A stretch of 64,000 nucleotides of DNA, taken from contig OX597831.1 in the NCBI GenBank assembly GCA_951406725.2, positions 77,314,001 through 77,378,000 of the forward strand, written 5' to 3'. Positions 1 through 13,406 of the stretch are shown in pieces. Below the pieces are notes generated by a model that was not told where the DNA came from, ran no database searches, and was given only the letters and a program-made list of their open reading frames with translations. This DNA comes from Octopus vulgaris. Lineage: Eukaryota. Position 1 is the stretch's first letter. Every line of letters begins with the position of its first letter. Made by a program: the position numbers and the translations under genes.

Positions 1-108
1 CGTCCATTGAGGTAAACAACATTCTATGCCGTATGAATATGTCCCTCGTTTAAGAAGCAGATTGGGTTTATTTACATTTGTGAAGAAAAAATGATACCCT
101 TCCCCCAC

Positions 109-154
109 CCCTAACCCTAACCCTAACTAACCCTACCCCTAACCCTGACCCTAA
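109..154 (-). repeat. Short degenerate telomere-type (TTAGGG)n tract
   Basis: ccctaaccctaaccctaactaaccctacccctaaccctgaccctaa on the + strand. Confidence 0.75.
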
Positions 155-454
155 AATAGATTGAAATGCAATAGATCGATACTAGGGTCATAATTATGGG
201 CGACAATTTCATATGACACCTCTAGAAAAAACTGCCGTTCAAACCGAAAAGATCCTAGAATGCAAACATGGTATTCACCCTTCTAGATCTAGTATTGAGT
301 ACATCAATCATTGTCTTGTATATCATAAGACAGTAGTTATTTGACATATTCTGGACTCTGAGGAGAAGGCAGAACTCAGCTTCAGAACAACTGTGTTTCA
401 TTTATAGATTTCTTTCACATACAAACACACAACACTGTCTGTATGTCTGTCTTT

Positions 455-816
455 CTCTTCTCTCTCTCTCCCTCTCTCTCTCCCTCTCTCTCTCTCTGTT
501 TCTCTGTTTTTATGCATATATATATACATATGCATATATATATATATATATATATATACATATGCATATACACGTGAGTCTATGTTTGTTTGTTTGTGTA
601 TGTGTGTGTGTGTGTGTGTGCGTACGTGTGCATGTGTGTGTGTGTCCGTGAACCTGTATTTAACCATATGTTAAGGAGTAGTTTCGGTAAGACGTGGGTA
701 TGTCCGTGCATACATGTAAGCATCTATATTTGCTTATATGTACGTACATGCGTATGTATGTATGTATGTATGTATGTATGTATGTATGTATGTATGTATG
801 TATGTGTGTATGTATG

Positions 817-865
<49 letters not shown>

Positions 866-867
866 AC

Positions 868-907
<40 letters not shown>

Positions 908-974
908 ATATATCTATATATGTATAAATATATGTGTGTGTGTGTATGCATATATATGTATATATATGTATGCA

Positions 975-1013
<39 letters not shown>

Positions 1014-1061
1014 GTGTGTGTGTGTATGCATAAATGTATGCAAGCATGTGTCCCTTGTATG

Positions 1062-1108
<47 letters not shown>

Positions 1109-1190
1109 TTGCATGAACGTATATATCTATATATGTATGTGTATAGGTACGCATGTAAGTATTTATGTATGGAGTTGTAATATATAAATT
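455..1190. repeat. Compound microsatellite block (CT)n/(TA)n/(TG)n/(TATG)n
   Basis: Directly visible; accounts for the YI/HT/VC-repeat ORFs here. Confidence 0.95.
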
Positions 1191-2093
1191 TATGAGTTAT
1201 ATTCGTTTTCGCTGTCGTTCTCAACAGCTCTTGTCTTCCTCACTCGCAGAACTTAACGAGTTCAGTATGAAGTGATGAAATACCAAACATTCTTTTAAAG
1301 CGTTGACCACGTTACTGTGACTTTTAGAAAACCCATTGTGGTTTTACTAGAGTGCTTCAAGGTTTGTTGTACTGTATATGTAAGTATGGTGAAAAGAAAA
1401 AAAAGATTAAAGAGTGGAGAGTGGGGAGTATTTCTAAATGATTTATGATTTATGACATCCAGTAGAAAAGAAATGATTACTCTGCGCTTTTTTTCTCTTT
1501 CTGGATTCAGTCCCAGTTCAGCTAGTGGGTCAATGCATTTGTTGTAAGTTATACACGACCGCTTGATTGTTTAGAAATAACAGAATAATCTCCCTGAATT
1601 CTTACCCCACCCATTATTACGTTCTTTAGAAAAACCACAAAATTTAATCACAAGGCCAATTTTTTTATGAAGGGATGTTAATCGATGACATTGACCCCAA
1701 TACGGTAATCTTACTTTATTTTATCAGCCAAATAATGGAGCCGATGTAAACCCCTGCCCTCAAAGAAACCCCTGCCCTCAAAACTTCTGGTCTTGTACCC
1801 TAATTAAAAGCACTATTATTCCGTTATAGCACTGGATGTACACTTGTAAATATAAAGGATGCGGGTTGATACGATATTTGAAAATTCAATTAAATGTTTA
1901 TGCGGTCATTGTTTTCACACGTAACCAATCTAACATTGTGAACAGCCAACGGAGCATGTAAGACTGGACACCATGCTCAAATGTTAACGTATTAAGCTTC
2001 ATACGAACTGATTATATTTTCGATTATTTGCAGCGTATAATTATTGCCTCATTTTATACGCCTGTTTGCATGATATGTATTAAACCGGAACTC

Positions 2094-2390
2094 CATCGGT
2101 TACGAAGACGTGGGTTCCAGTTTATCCAATCGAGGGAAACTAACTCCTCGTGAAATTATCGTGCAAGTGGCTGAGTACTTCACAGATTTGCATACTCTTG
2201 ACGTAGCTCTCAGGGAGATTCAGCGAGACACAAAATGGCACAAGGCTGGCCATTTGAAATACAGGTACTACTCATTTTTGCCAGCTGAGTGGATTGGAGT
2301 AACGCAGTACAAAGATACTTGCTCAAGGACACTTCGCGCCGTCATGCCACCGTGAGCCGAATATTCGTAACCAATAAGCCACGCGCCTTC
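2094..2390 (-). mobile_element. SINE family C copy (tRNA-derived, degenerate)
   Basis: Shares ccatcggttac...gtgaaattaacgtgcaagtggctgagta...cagctgagtgga...ttgctcaagga with 4565-4785, 15285-15593 and 54630-54775. Confidence 0.7.
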
Positions 2391-2792
2391 ATATGACATG
2401 CATAATAGCGTCAGTATGTCACCGAGTCTTTGAAACAGCTGTAAAGATGTATTTCTATTTTGTAATATGAATATAAGTAACGTTTCATAAAAAATGTTTT
2501 CGTTCCATCAGTAATTATTTGTGCATCTTTTATCCATATATTAATCGCTCAAGTTATGTATTTCTTTTCACCAACTCTTATTCTGTTGGGCTATTTTTTA
2601 GTCTCATAAAGTATTTGGGATTTAAGAATCTGTTCAGTCTAAGCACTATTGCAATGCGTATCTATTCTACGCTTATACTAGCGTTTTCTCACTCCCCCCA
2701 CACACAGATGGATAAATGGACAAATAGATAGATAGGTAGATAGATAGACAGTCAGACTGACATAATAGATAGTTATATATATATATATATAT

Positions 2793-3004
2793 AGTTAATC
2801 CAAACATGAAAACACAAAGAGAAAACACAACAACGCGAGGACGTGGAACAAATATAGTATTATTGGACGCTCAGGAAGGAAGGGAAGAAGGAGGGTTTAA
2901 CGTTTCGAGTGGAGCACTTCGTCGGAAACATAGGAAAAGGAAAGATCCAAAGAAGGGAAGACGGAGGAAAAAATTCGTCAACGGTACACACGCGGTTGAC
3001 ATTT

Positions 3005-3006
<2 letters not shown>
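2793..3006 (-). mobile_element. Short element between (TA)n tracts with a variant minimal hammerhead motif (2895-2929); Penelope-like pLTR remnant
   Basis: Minus strand reads GTTT-CCGACGA-A-gtgctccactc-GAAA-CG-TT-AAAC. Confidence 0.5.
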
Positions 3007-3096
<90 letters not shown>

Positions 3097-3432
3097 GTAG
3101 ATAGATAGATAGACAGATATATAGACAGATAGATAGATAGATAGAGAGATTGGTAGATAGATAGATAGACAGATAGATAGAGAGATAGATAGATAGATAA
3201 ACCTCGCTCGGTTTCTTGGTTTGCACGGTTTCCCTTTAGCACAGTTTTGACTTATTCTAAATTTTCCTTTTTCCTTTCTATTTTATTCAAACAGAAACAC
3301 GACCGGTTCGTTTCCGTTTCGGCCTTTCCTGTTTCTTTCACGTGACTTCCGTTTCCCTTCTTCGACATTGAGTTAGGTCACATGATAAACTGAAGTTTAA
3401 GTTAGAAGGTTTAAGTTTATTATGCTGCTTGT

Positions 3433-3550
3433 ATACGAGGTCTGATCAAAAAGTATCAGATCTGTTGCTATGACAACGCTGCTGAAGTACGCAGAGTAAA
3501 ACCTCTTGGTAAAGATTGTCTTGAAACGCAGTCGCGCATGCACACTAAAT
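3433..3550 (+). mobile_element. Tc1/mariner-like terminal remnant, interrupted by the SINE multimer and continuing after 4443
   Basis: TA-CGAGGTCTGATCAAAAAGTATC resembles mariner TIR starts. Confidence 0.45.
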
Positions 3551-4429
3551 TCCTTTCCACTCTAGGCACAAGGCCCAAAGTTTTGGGGAGGGGTCCAGGT
3601 CGATTAGATCGATACCAGTACGCAACTGGTACTAAATTTATCGACCACGAAAGAATGAAAGGCAAAGTCGACCTCAGAACGTAAAAAACAGACGAAATAC
3701 CGGTAAGCATTTCGCCCGACATGCTAACGTTTCTCTTCTACTCTAAGCACAAGGCCCGAAATGCTTGGGGTGACCCCGAAAGGATGAAAGGCAAAGTCGA
3801 CCTCAGTGGAATTTGAACTCAGAACGTAAAGACAGAGGAAATGCCTATTTCGTTACTACTCACAGAGAGGACAAACAAGAACAGACAAACGGTTTAAGTC
3901 GATTATGTCGACCCCAGTGTGTATCTGGTACTTATTTAATCGATCCCGAAAGGATGAAAGGCAAAGTCGACCTCGGCGGATTTTGAACTCAGAATGTAAA
4001 GATACGAAATACCGCTAAGCATTTTGCCCCGCGTGCTAACGCTTCTTTTCTACTCCAGGCACAAGGCTCAACATTTTTGGGGAGAGGGTCATTCGATAAG
4101 GTCGACCCCATTACGCATTTGGCATTTAATTTCTCGACCCCGAAAGGATAAAAGGCAAAGTTGACCTCGGCGGAATTTGAACTCAGAACGTAGCGACGGG
4201 CGAAATACCTATTTCTTTATTACCCTCAGAGAGGACAAACAAGGACAGACAAACGGATTAAGTCGATTATATCGACCCCCAGTGCGTAACTGATACTTAA
4301 TTTATCGACCCCAAAAGGATGAAAGGCAAAGTCGACCTCGGCGGAATTTGAACTCAGAACGTACGGCAGACGAAATACAGATACGCATTTCGCCCGGCGT
4401 GCCAGCGATTCTGCCAGCTCGCTGCCTTA
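3551..4429 (-). mobile_element. Five-unit multimer of SINE family B with a 14-bp target site duplication
   Basis: Five copies of gaggtcgactttgcctttcatcctttcggggtcga on the minus strand; CATGCACACTAAAT at 3537-3550 and 4430-4443. Confidence 0.85.
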
Positions 4430-4564
4430 CATGCACACTAAATCACAACGTTTCTGCTCAGTTTCATTGTTTATAGCAGTACTTGGAAGTAATGTATATA
4501 CAATTATTGTCTCGCTTTATACGCCTGTTTGAATGATATCGTGATACACATGAAACCGGCACGC

Positions 4565-4785
4565 CATCGGTTACAACGACGTGGGTTCCAGTTGATCCAA
4601 TCGAGGGAACAGCCTGCTCGTGAAATTAACGTGCAAGTGGCTGAGTAATCCACAGACACGCATATTTTTGACTTCGTTCTCAGGAAGATTCAGCGAGATG
4701 CAGAATGGGACAAACCTGGCCCTTTGAAATAAAGGGACAACGCATTTTCGCCAGCTAAGTGGATTGGTGTTACGCAAAATAAAGA
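4565..4785 (-). mobile_element. SINE family C copy
   Basis: Similar to 2094-2310 and 15285-15593. Confidence 0.7.
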
Positions 4786-5377
4786 CAATTAAGGTGTGGG
4801 GGTCGTCGTATGCATCCGCTGAGTGACAACTTCACCAAACACATTCAGTGTAGCTTTTCCAGTATCTTTTGATCTAGCACAGCATTTCTCAGGTCCGACA
4901 ACCGCCATATTCGCCAGATTTCACCCCTTACAAATTTTCCTCTTTCCAAAATTCGTATCCCATAAATGCCACCCAACGAACACTTGTGACGACCACACTC
5001 CATTCACTTTACTTCCAAGCACAACCGAGCTGAGCGGGAACGTTATAATTTACTGCGCATGCGCGACAAAGTTCAGGGTCAATCTCTGCTAAGTGACTTC
5101 CCTCTGCATGCATTAGCTCCGTTACCATATCAGCAATCTTGATAACATTTTTATCAGACGTCGTAGTTTCAGCAATGAGTAACATAGTTTCAAATGTCAA
5201 GATTTCTGTAGAAATGAAAATAATGAAATTAAATAAACTTCATAAAAGGAAGAACTCAACATAAACGGCGAGACAGAATAATATAAACGAAGAAACTGTA
5301 AAAAAAAAAACTATTAACAGAAACAAAGAAACAGCGGGAGCCAGTATAATTCCTGGATGTTCAATAACTTTCAAGTA

Positions 5378-5797
5378 TGGTAAGTAGCTTGCTTACCAAC
5401 CACATAGTTCCGGGTTCAGTCCCACTGCGTAGCATCTTGGGCAAGTGTCTACTGCTATAGCCTCGGGCTGACCAAAGCCTTGTGAGTGGATTTGGTAGAC
5501 GGAAACTGAAAGAAGCTTGTCGTATATGTACATATATATATGTATATATATATATATGTGTGTGTGTGTATGTGTGTGTATATGTTTGTGTGTCTGTGTT
5601 TGTCTCTCCACCATCGCTTGACAACCGATGCTGGTGTGTTTACGTCCCCGTCACTTAGCGGTTCGGCAAAAAGACACCGATAGAATAAGTACTGGGCTTA
5701 CAAAGAATAAGTCCCGGGGTCGATTTGCTCGACTAAAGGTGGTGCTCCAGCATGGCCGCAGTCAAATGACTGAAACAAGTAAAAGAGTAAAAGAGTA
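5378..5797 (+). mobile_element. SINE family A copy (tRNA-like head, internal microsatellite, (GTAAAAGA)n tail)
   Basis: tggtaagtagcttgc...gggttcagtccc (B-box-like); 3' end ggtgctccagcatggccgcagtcaaatgactgaaac; many copies in the window. Confidence 0.9.
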
Positions 5798-6139
5798 ATA
5801 CCCTATAGAGCGGCATTGTGGAAACAGCCGAAAAAGTTGTATTATTTTGAGCGGGAGATAAAACTCAATATTACATATTGCCCACACGTTCCCACGAACA
5901 AACACAAACACATCTTTCGCTCGAACATATATTCACATAAGTACGTAGATACACAAGTCAATCGTATAAATTTTGCCTGTGTTTTCTTATTTTTATATTC
6001 ATATCTTTTATTTTAGTGAAGTCATTAAAAAACGTAACTCCCTTTTTTAATACGATTTCGATTTGAACGGAGACTTGTGGAACAAATTTACCGCATTAAC
6101 CGACAGGGACAAATATATATATGTATATATATATATATC

Positions 6140-6466
6140 AAAAAAGGAAATGAAGAAAATGCTGACAAAATAATTTAAGTAAGGGAGAGTGTATTTAATT
6201 AGGTGAAAGTTCTTTTTACCGGTTGCGCATTTGTTATGCTTATCAAAAGATATTTTTTAAGAGAGATAGAGTTCCTTTCTGATAGATTTTTTTCTCTTAT
6301 CAGATAAGAGAAAAAAATCTATCAGAAAGGAACTCTATCTCTCTTAAAAAAATATCTTTTGATAAGCATAACAAATGCGCAACCGGTAAAAAGAACTTTC
6401 ACCTAATTAAATACACTCTCTCTTACTTAAATTATTTTGTCAGCATTTTCTTCATTTCCTTTTTTT
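6140..6466. repeat. Near-perfect ~327-bp palindrome centred at 6302, with a degenerate hammerhead motif in each arm
   Basis: Arms of ~162 bp differ by one substitution and one homopolymer indel; tcttt-tgataa-gcat-aacaa-atgc-gcaa-ccgg-ta-aaaaga at 6355-6394. Confidence 0.9.
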
Positions 6467-6500
6467 ATATATCACAACTTGTGTTCCACATCTCCTTTTT

Positions 6501-6586
<86 letters not shown>

Positions 6587-6613
6587 TACATATACATACA
6601 TACATATATATAT

Positions 6614-7160
6614 GTAGACCTGTTGACTCTTGTGTTGGACCATATGAGATTTCAGGTGGAAGTAAGACTTGAACTTCACAGGGCAATGCTGGCGCAGGTA
6701 GGAGTTATCGACAACGGCGTTTAGTCTTTGTTCTTCCTCTGTCATCTCCTCACTAGTTGAATCAGGTTGAGGCATGGGTATAGTAGGTTGTTCGGTGATA
6801 TCAGCTTCTGCCTCATCAGCAGATGATGCCTGTGGAGACGGTTGCTGAGGCAACGTAGGACCCATGCCACTTGGCCAGACCTTATGAGTAGACATATGAT
6901 TCTTGATATTTGACTTCTGGGCAAATGCTCGACCACAGACGATACACTGGAATGGTTCCTCACCCGTATGAGAACGGATATGTTGTTGGAGATCAAAGTT
7001 TTTGGCAAAATACTTATTACAGAGCTCACACTGAAGTTTTTTCTTGCTCCAGTTTCCCGTACGATTATCACTGCTCTCCGGAGCAGACATGATTGTCTCC
7101 TTCACACTACGAAGTTTCAGTGGTTGCTGAAGGTCATATCTTGTTGAACCGATGGCAAGA
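6614..7160 (-). pseudogene. ZNF341: Intronless internal fragment of a ZNF341-like C2H2 zinc-finger gene, probably a processed pseudogene
   Basis: KNFDLQQHIRSHTGEEPFQCIVCGRAFAQKSNIKNHMSTHKVWP...[33 protein letters not shown] matches the ZNF341 sequence as I recall it. The third finger has C>R and the linker is TGEEP; the frame runs into (TA)n. Confidence 0.8.
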
Positions 7161-7165
7161 TATAT

Positions 7166-7400
7166 ACTAGCTGACGTACCCGGTATGTAGCCCTTAAAAC
7201 GGTTTTTGTGCATTTACAGAGAATATCGAACTGTCTTACACCGGAAATTGTTTTTAGGAATTCCCAATAAGTTATGAATACCCAAATTGTTAAGTCGGAT
7301 ATGTAATAACATGAAATTAGTTACCCGATAGTAAGATAGTAGGTAGCCCCGAAAAGGGTTTTAATGCGTTCCCAGAGTATATAGAAATGGTTTGTTAGAA
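7166..7400 (-). mobile_element. Helitron-like 3' end
   Basis: Minus strand ends ...ccgggtacgtcagCTAG|T, resembling ccgggtgatactgCTAG|T at 38389; the far boundary is uncertain. Confidence 0.5.
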
Positions 7401-7822
7401 TGTGTGCCAGGCTTAGAATAAACGCGCAGGGATCGATTCGATCGGCTAAATTTCTTCAAGGTGGTGCCCCAGTATGGCCACAATCTAATGACGGAAACAA
7501 GTAATAGATGCATCAGCACAGGCACCCGTATGTACACACACACCCAGGTATACCTATGCAGAATTGAATCAAGAATTTTTATTTTTCCTCGACAGACCTT
7601 CCTCTTCTTGCGAAAATACCTACACACACACACACAATTATATACACACACGCACACTCACACGCACGCACGCATACACACATATACACACAAACATACA
7701 AGCGTACGCTCACACACGTACACACACTTACACGCATACACACATACACACACATACAAGAGCAAGCTCACCCACGCACACGCACGCCCACACACACACA
7801 CACATGCACAGGCACACAAACT

Positions 7823-8212
7823 CTTTTACTCGTTTACTTGTTTCAGTCATTTGACTGCGGCCATGCTGGAGCACCGCCTTTAGTCGAGCAAATCAACCCC
7901 GGGATTTATTCTTTGTAAGCCCAGTACTTATTCTATCGGTCTATTTTGCCGAACCGCTAAGTGACGGGGACGTAAACACACTAGCATCGGTTGTTAAGCA
8001 ATGCTAGGGGGACAAACATAGACACACATACATATATATATACATATACACGACAGGCTTCTTTCAGTTTCCGTCTACCAAATCCACTCACAAGGCATTG
8101 GTCGGCCCGAGGCCAAAGCAGAAGACACTTGCCCAAGATGCCACGCAGTAGGACTGAACCCGGAACCATGTGGTTGGTAAGCAAGTTACTTACCACACAG
8201 CCACTCCTGCAC
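7823..8212 (-). mobile_element. SINE family A copy
   Basis: Reverse complement of the family A sequence, full length. Confidence 0.9.
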
Positions 8213-8249
8213 CTACATAACAGTTATTTTAAGGCATTTTAGCTCATTT

Positions 8250-8345
<96 letters not shown>

Positions 8346-8524
8346 ACACACACAAACACACACTCACACACACACACACAAACGCAAGCATATGCTTTGA
8401 TTTCTACAATGGAATTTCTACAATTTCGTACATATGAATGTATTTCAAGAGATATACGGGTACGCGTGCTTCAGTCTGTGCATGTGAGTTTCCGAGGGTA
8501 TGTCTGCTTATGTATACATACATA

Positions 8525-8555
<31 letters not shown>

Positions 8556-8596
8556 CATACATACATACATACATACATACATACATACATACATAC

Positions 8597-9006
8597 TCTT
8601 TTACTCTTTTACTCTTTTACTTGTTTCAGTCATTTGACTGTGGTCATGCTGGAGCACCGCCTTTAGTCGAGCAAATCGACCCCAGGACTTATTCTTTGTA
8701 AGCCCAGTACTTATTCTATCGGTTTTTTTTGCCGAACCGCTAAGTGACGGGGACGTAAACACACCAGGTTGTCAAGCAATGTTGGGGGGACAAACACAGA
8801 CACACAAACACACACATACATATATATATATATACATATATACGACAGGCTTCTTTCAGTTTCCGTCTACCTAATCCACTCACAAGGCATTGGTCGGCCC
8901 GGGGCTATAGCAGGAGACACTTGCCCAAGATGCCACACAGTGGGATTGAACCCGGAACCATGTGGTTGGTAATCAAGTTACTTACCACACAGCCACTCCT
9001 GCGCCT
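8597..9006 (-). mobile_element. SINE family A copy
   Basis: Full length with (CTCTTTTA)n tail. Confidence 0.9.
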
Positions 9007-9200
9007 ATATACATATATATACACACACACACACATATATAAGCTGGTGCGTACTATATGGGGTACATGTACGTTTCTCTCAGTCTCTCTATATAAAGAC
9101 ATATCTGTGTGTGTGTATGTGTGTGCATGTGTGTGTGCGAGTGACTGTGTGTTTGTATTGCATTTTTGTGATTACGCGCATTAGTGTTAGTACCTGCGTG

Positions 9201-9231
<31 letters not shown>

Positions 9232-9391
9232 TAGTATGTGTGTGTTTGTGCATGTAAGGGTGAATGAGCTAAAATGCCTATCCATGTTAAAATAACTATT
9301 ATATGTGTGCCTGTGTGCCTGTGCATGTGCGCGCGCGTGTGTGAGAGTGCGCTTGTATGCCTGTGTGCGTGTGTGTGTGGGCATGCGTGTA

Positions 9392-9430
<39 letters not shown>

Positions 9431-9527
9431 TTATATTTGTAATCACTTCCGAGCGTTTCTGAGTCTGCCTGTGTGTAGGTCTGTGTACATATCTACGAAA
9501 TTGAGGAAAACGTGTCCCAAAAAAGAT

Positions 9528-9558
<31 letters not shown>

Positions 9559-9570
9559 TACTACACCACC

Positions 9571-9623
<53 letters not shown>

Positions 9624-9703
9624 CACCACCACCACCACCACCGCGACCACCACCTTCTCTACTACTACTACTACTACTACTACCACAACCACCACCACCT
9701 TCT

Positions 9704-9758
<55 letters not shown>

Positions 9759-9832
9759 CACCACCACCACCACCACCGCGACCACCACCTTCTCTACTAC
9801 TACTACTACTACCACAACCACCACCACCTTCT

Positions 9833-9881
<49 letters not shown>

Positions 9882-9975
9882 CACGACCACCGCGACCACC
9901 ACCCTCTCTACTACTACTAATAATAATACTAATAAGGATAATAATAACAATAATGTTCATAATGATGACAATGAC

Positions 9976-10015
<40 letters not shown>
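9528..10015. repeat. Compound (CTA)n/(CCA)n tract with higher-order units, followed by (TAG)n
   Basis: Recurrent cgcgaccaccaccttctctacta and ccacaaccaccaccaccttctc junctions. Confidence 0.9.
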
Positions 10016-10541
10016 ATATTAGTATGATAGTAGTAATAATAGTGTATGATGATTATAAGCTCTGTTGAAGAGCTAAAAGCGGGCGCATAAATATACTTCA
10101 ACAGCAACTTACGTGAACCAGATGTGAGCTAAAAGGTCTCTGAGGGAATAAGAAATGCTGGAAAGTCAGAACTTTTATCGTTCAGTGGAACCAAGAACGG
10201 TGACACCATTTCTTTATTCCTAAATCAAAAATAATGTCTTTTTCTCGACCATTCCGGGAGAGCTTGTGTTGGTTTTTCCAGGAAGCACATTCATTTTCGA
10301 GTAGATACGGCCGTACTTACACGTGCAACCACATTCGTTTGTGTGTCTGTGTGTCTATGTGTTTGTGTGTCTGTGTGTCCGTGCATATAGTCTCTCCCCC
10401 TCCGCAGCACAAACACACATGCGATGTATCACATGGATACAAGGACACTAACGCAAACACACACAGACACGCGCACATACATACAAATGAGTGTGCATTT
10501 GCACGGCTATGCGTGTCTATGTCTATCTATGTAGTGATGTT

Positions 10542-10625
<84 letters not shown>

Positions 10626-10905
10626 TACATATACACACACATATTCATATATATAGATGTATATATATGTATATACACACAGATATATGTATACATAAAT
10701 ATATATGGATATATAAATAGTATATGTATATACATATATATATATATATATATATACATACATTTATATATACATATATATGTTTATGTATACATATATA
10801 TGTATATATATGTGTATATATATATTCATATATATATATACATATATATATATGCATATACATATATATATAAATATATATACATATATATGCATATATA
10901 CATAT

Positions 10906-10944
<39 letters not shown>

Positions 10945-11632
10945 TATGTGATACATATATGCAGCTATCTGTCTGTCTACCTATCTGTCTTTCTCTCCCC
11001 TCTCTCTCTCTCTCTCTCTCTCTCTCATTCTTCCAATATATATATAGATTTCAAAATAAGGTACCGTTAATCCCATCACATTTTTCTGTTTCAATTTGTG
11101 TCTCTCTCTTTCTTTCTCTCACTCTCTCTCTCTCTCTCTCTCACTTTCTCTCACTTTGCATATTTTCCCCCTCCCTTTCAGTCGAAGGGCGTAGGTTTGA
11201 AACGTCGAAAACTTTTCCATTTTTCCCGAGTGCCAAGAAAATACACCTTACTTGTTGCTCCTTCATCTGTCTCTGAATTTTGTCTTTTGTGAATTTGGAC
11301 CATACACGTATAAAAGGTAAGCATAGATTACCTAAACTGGATCACATTTTCCAATCCACCCGTTTGGGAAAGTTTCGTTAAGTAACTCTCAAACTCTCAA
11401 ATCCCAATGGGGTGGCAAACCATCTTGTAGAATATCAAGTAGTGCAACCACGTTGCAACAAATCATTTTTCTCTAAATGTTTTAAACTGTACAGGGAATT
11501 TATGGACACACTGTATATATGCGTGTCTGTGCATGTGTGTTTGTGTACTTATATGTATGCTTATACTTACATACATACATACACATACACACAGACACAC
11601 ACACATACACACACACACATATATATATATAT

Positions 11633-11853
11633 TTCTTTACTACCCACAAGAGGCTAAACATAGAGGGAACAAACAGGGACAGACAAAGGGTTTAAGTTGA
11701 TTACCAGTGGGTAATTGGTACTTAATTTATCGAGACCGGAACGATGAAAGGCAAAGTCGACCTCTGCAGAATTTGAACTCACAACGTAACGACAGACGAA
11801 ATACCACTAAGCATTTCGCCCGGCGCGCTAACGTTTCTGCCATCTCGCCGCCT
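11633..11853 (-). mobile_element. SINE family B copy
   Basis: Minus-strand head ggcggcgagatggcagaaacgttagcgcgccgggcgaaatgc, followed by the family body. Confidence 0.85.
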
Positions 11854-11865
11854 TTATTATATATA

Positions 11866-12025
<160 letters not shown>

Positions 12026-12622
12026 GAGGATAAGATCGTTAATATAATTATCGATCTCATCAAGTGGCCAGCATGGAGATAAAAACCTTCAAAGGTAATA
12101 ATGATTATTAAAATTATAATTTAGGGTATCTAAGAGATACCTCCACGTGCTGTATGAACATATAATGTGGTTTTAGAGTATGTCGATATCTATGGGCAAT
12201 GAAACTTAGATTCACTTTTGACCATAGGCTGAAACAGCTGTAAGAAATAGTTTATGGATTTCAATAATTCATAATATGACTTTTAAAATCTGTATTTGTA
12301 TTATTATCTTATCTATTGATTTATATAATATTTTGTATGCTTTTGATGTTCTCATTTGTAAAATGAATAAATAATCCAACATTCTAATATCCGTAAGTTA
12401 ATGAACAAAGGAAATTTGTTTCTCCATTTTCTTATTTGTGTTATAAATTTGCGGTAAAAATATTTCTTTACCTTCTCCCGTTTAATACAATAAATGAATT
12501 AATTGCATTGCAATTAAAAGCATGTATGTATTAAGAATCTGGGTACTTTACCAACAGTATATTGGATAAATGATATCTCATAGTGGGTTACACCCATATC
12601 CCCAATCTTACTTTGTACTATA

Positions 12623-12692
<70 letters not shown>

Positions 12693-12722
12693 CATATATG
12701 TGTACGTATGTATGTATATAGA

Positions 12723-12887
12723 TACAGGAGTGGCTGAGTGGTAAGAAGCTTGCTTCACAATCACAGAGTTCTGGGTTCAGTTCCACTGCGTGGCACCTTG
12801 GCCATGTGTCTTCTACTATAGCCTTGGGCCGACCAAAGCCTAAAGAGTGGATCTGATAGATGGAAACTGACAAGAGCCCGTCGTATG

Positions 12888-12927
<40 letters not shown>

Positions 12928-13150
12928 CATGAAGGTATGTAAGTATATATTTGTGTGACTGTGTTTGACCCACACCATCGTTTGACTGCCGATTTTGGTG
13001 TGTTTACGTCCCCGTAACTTAGCGGTTCGGCAAAAGACTCCGATAGGATAAGTACTAGGCTTACAAAAGATAAGTCCTGGGGACGATTCGTTCGAGTAAA
13101 GGCGGTGTTCCAGCATGGCCGCATTCAAAATGACTGAAACAAGTAAAAGA
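12723..13150 (+). mobile_element. SINE family A copy
   Basis: caggagtggctgagtggtaag head; family tail. Confidence 0.85.
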
Positions 13151-13374
13151 ATATATATATATATACATATATATACATATGAGGAAATAACAGAGAAGAA
13201 AATGAGACAGACAGACAGACAGACAGACATATAGGCAGATATAGAAACAAACACACATACACACATACATACATACATACATACATGTACACACATAAAC
13301 ACACACACACACACGCATACATACATGCATACATACATACATACATGCATATGCATGCACACACACATACAAGC

Positions 13375-13406
<32 letters not shown>

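Noticed and set aside
398-1224. Many ORFs of YI/HT/VC/LS repeats here and throughout the window
   Set aside because: They are translations of stop-free microsatellites, with no domains or codon structure.
3551-4429. CRISPR-like regularly recurring repeats
   Set aside because: The units are SINE bodies with non-unique spacers, in a eukaryotic context with no cas genes.
9357-10107. His/Tyr-, Pro/Leu- or Gly/Ser-rich ORFs resembling structural proteins
   Set aside because: Open in several frames on both strands because of trinucleotide repeats; no supporting gene structure.
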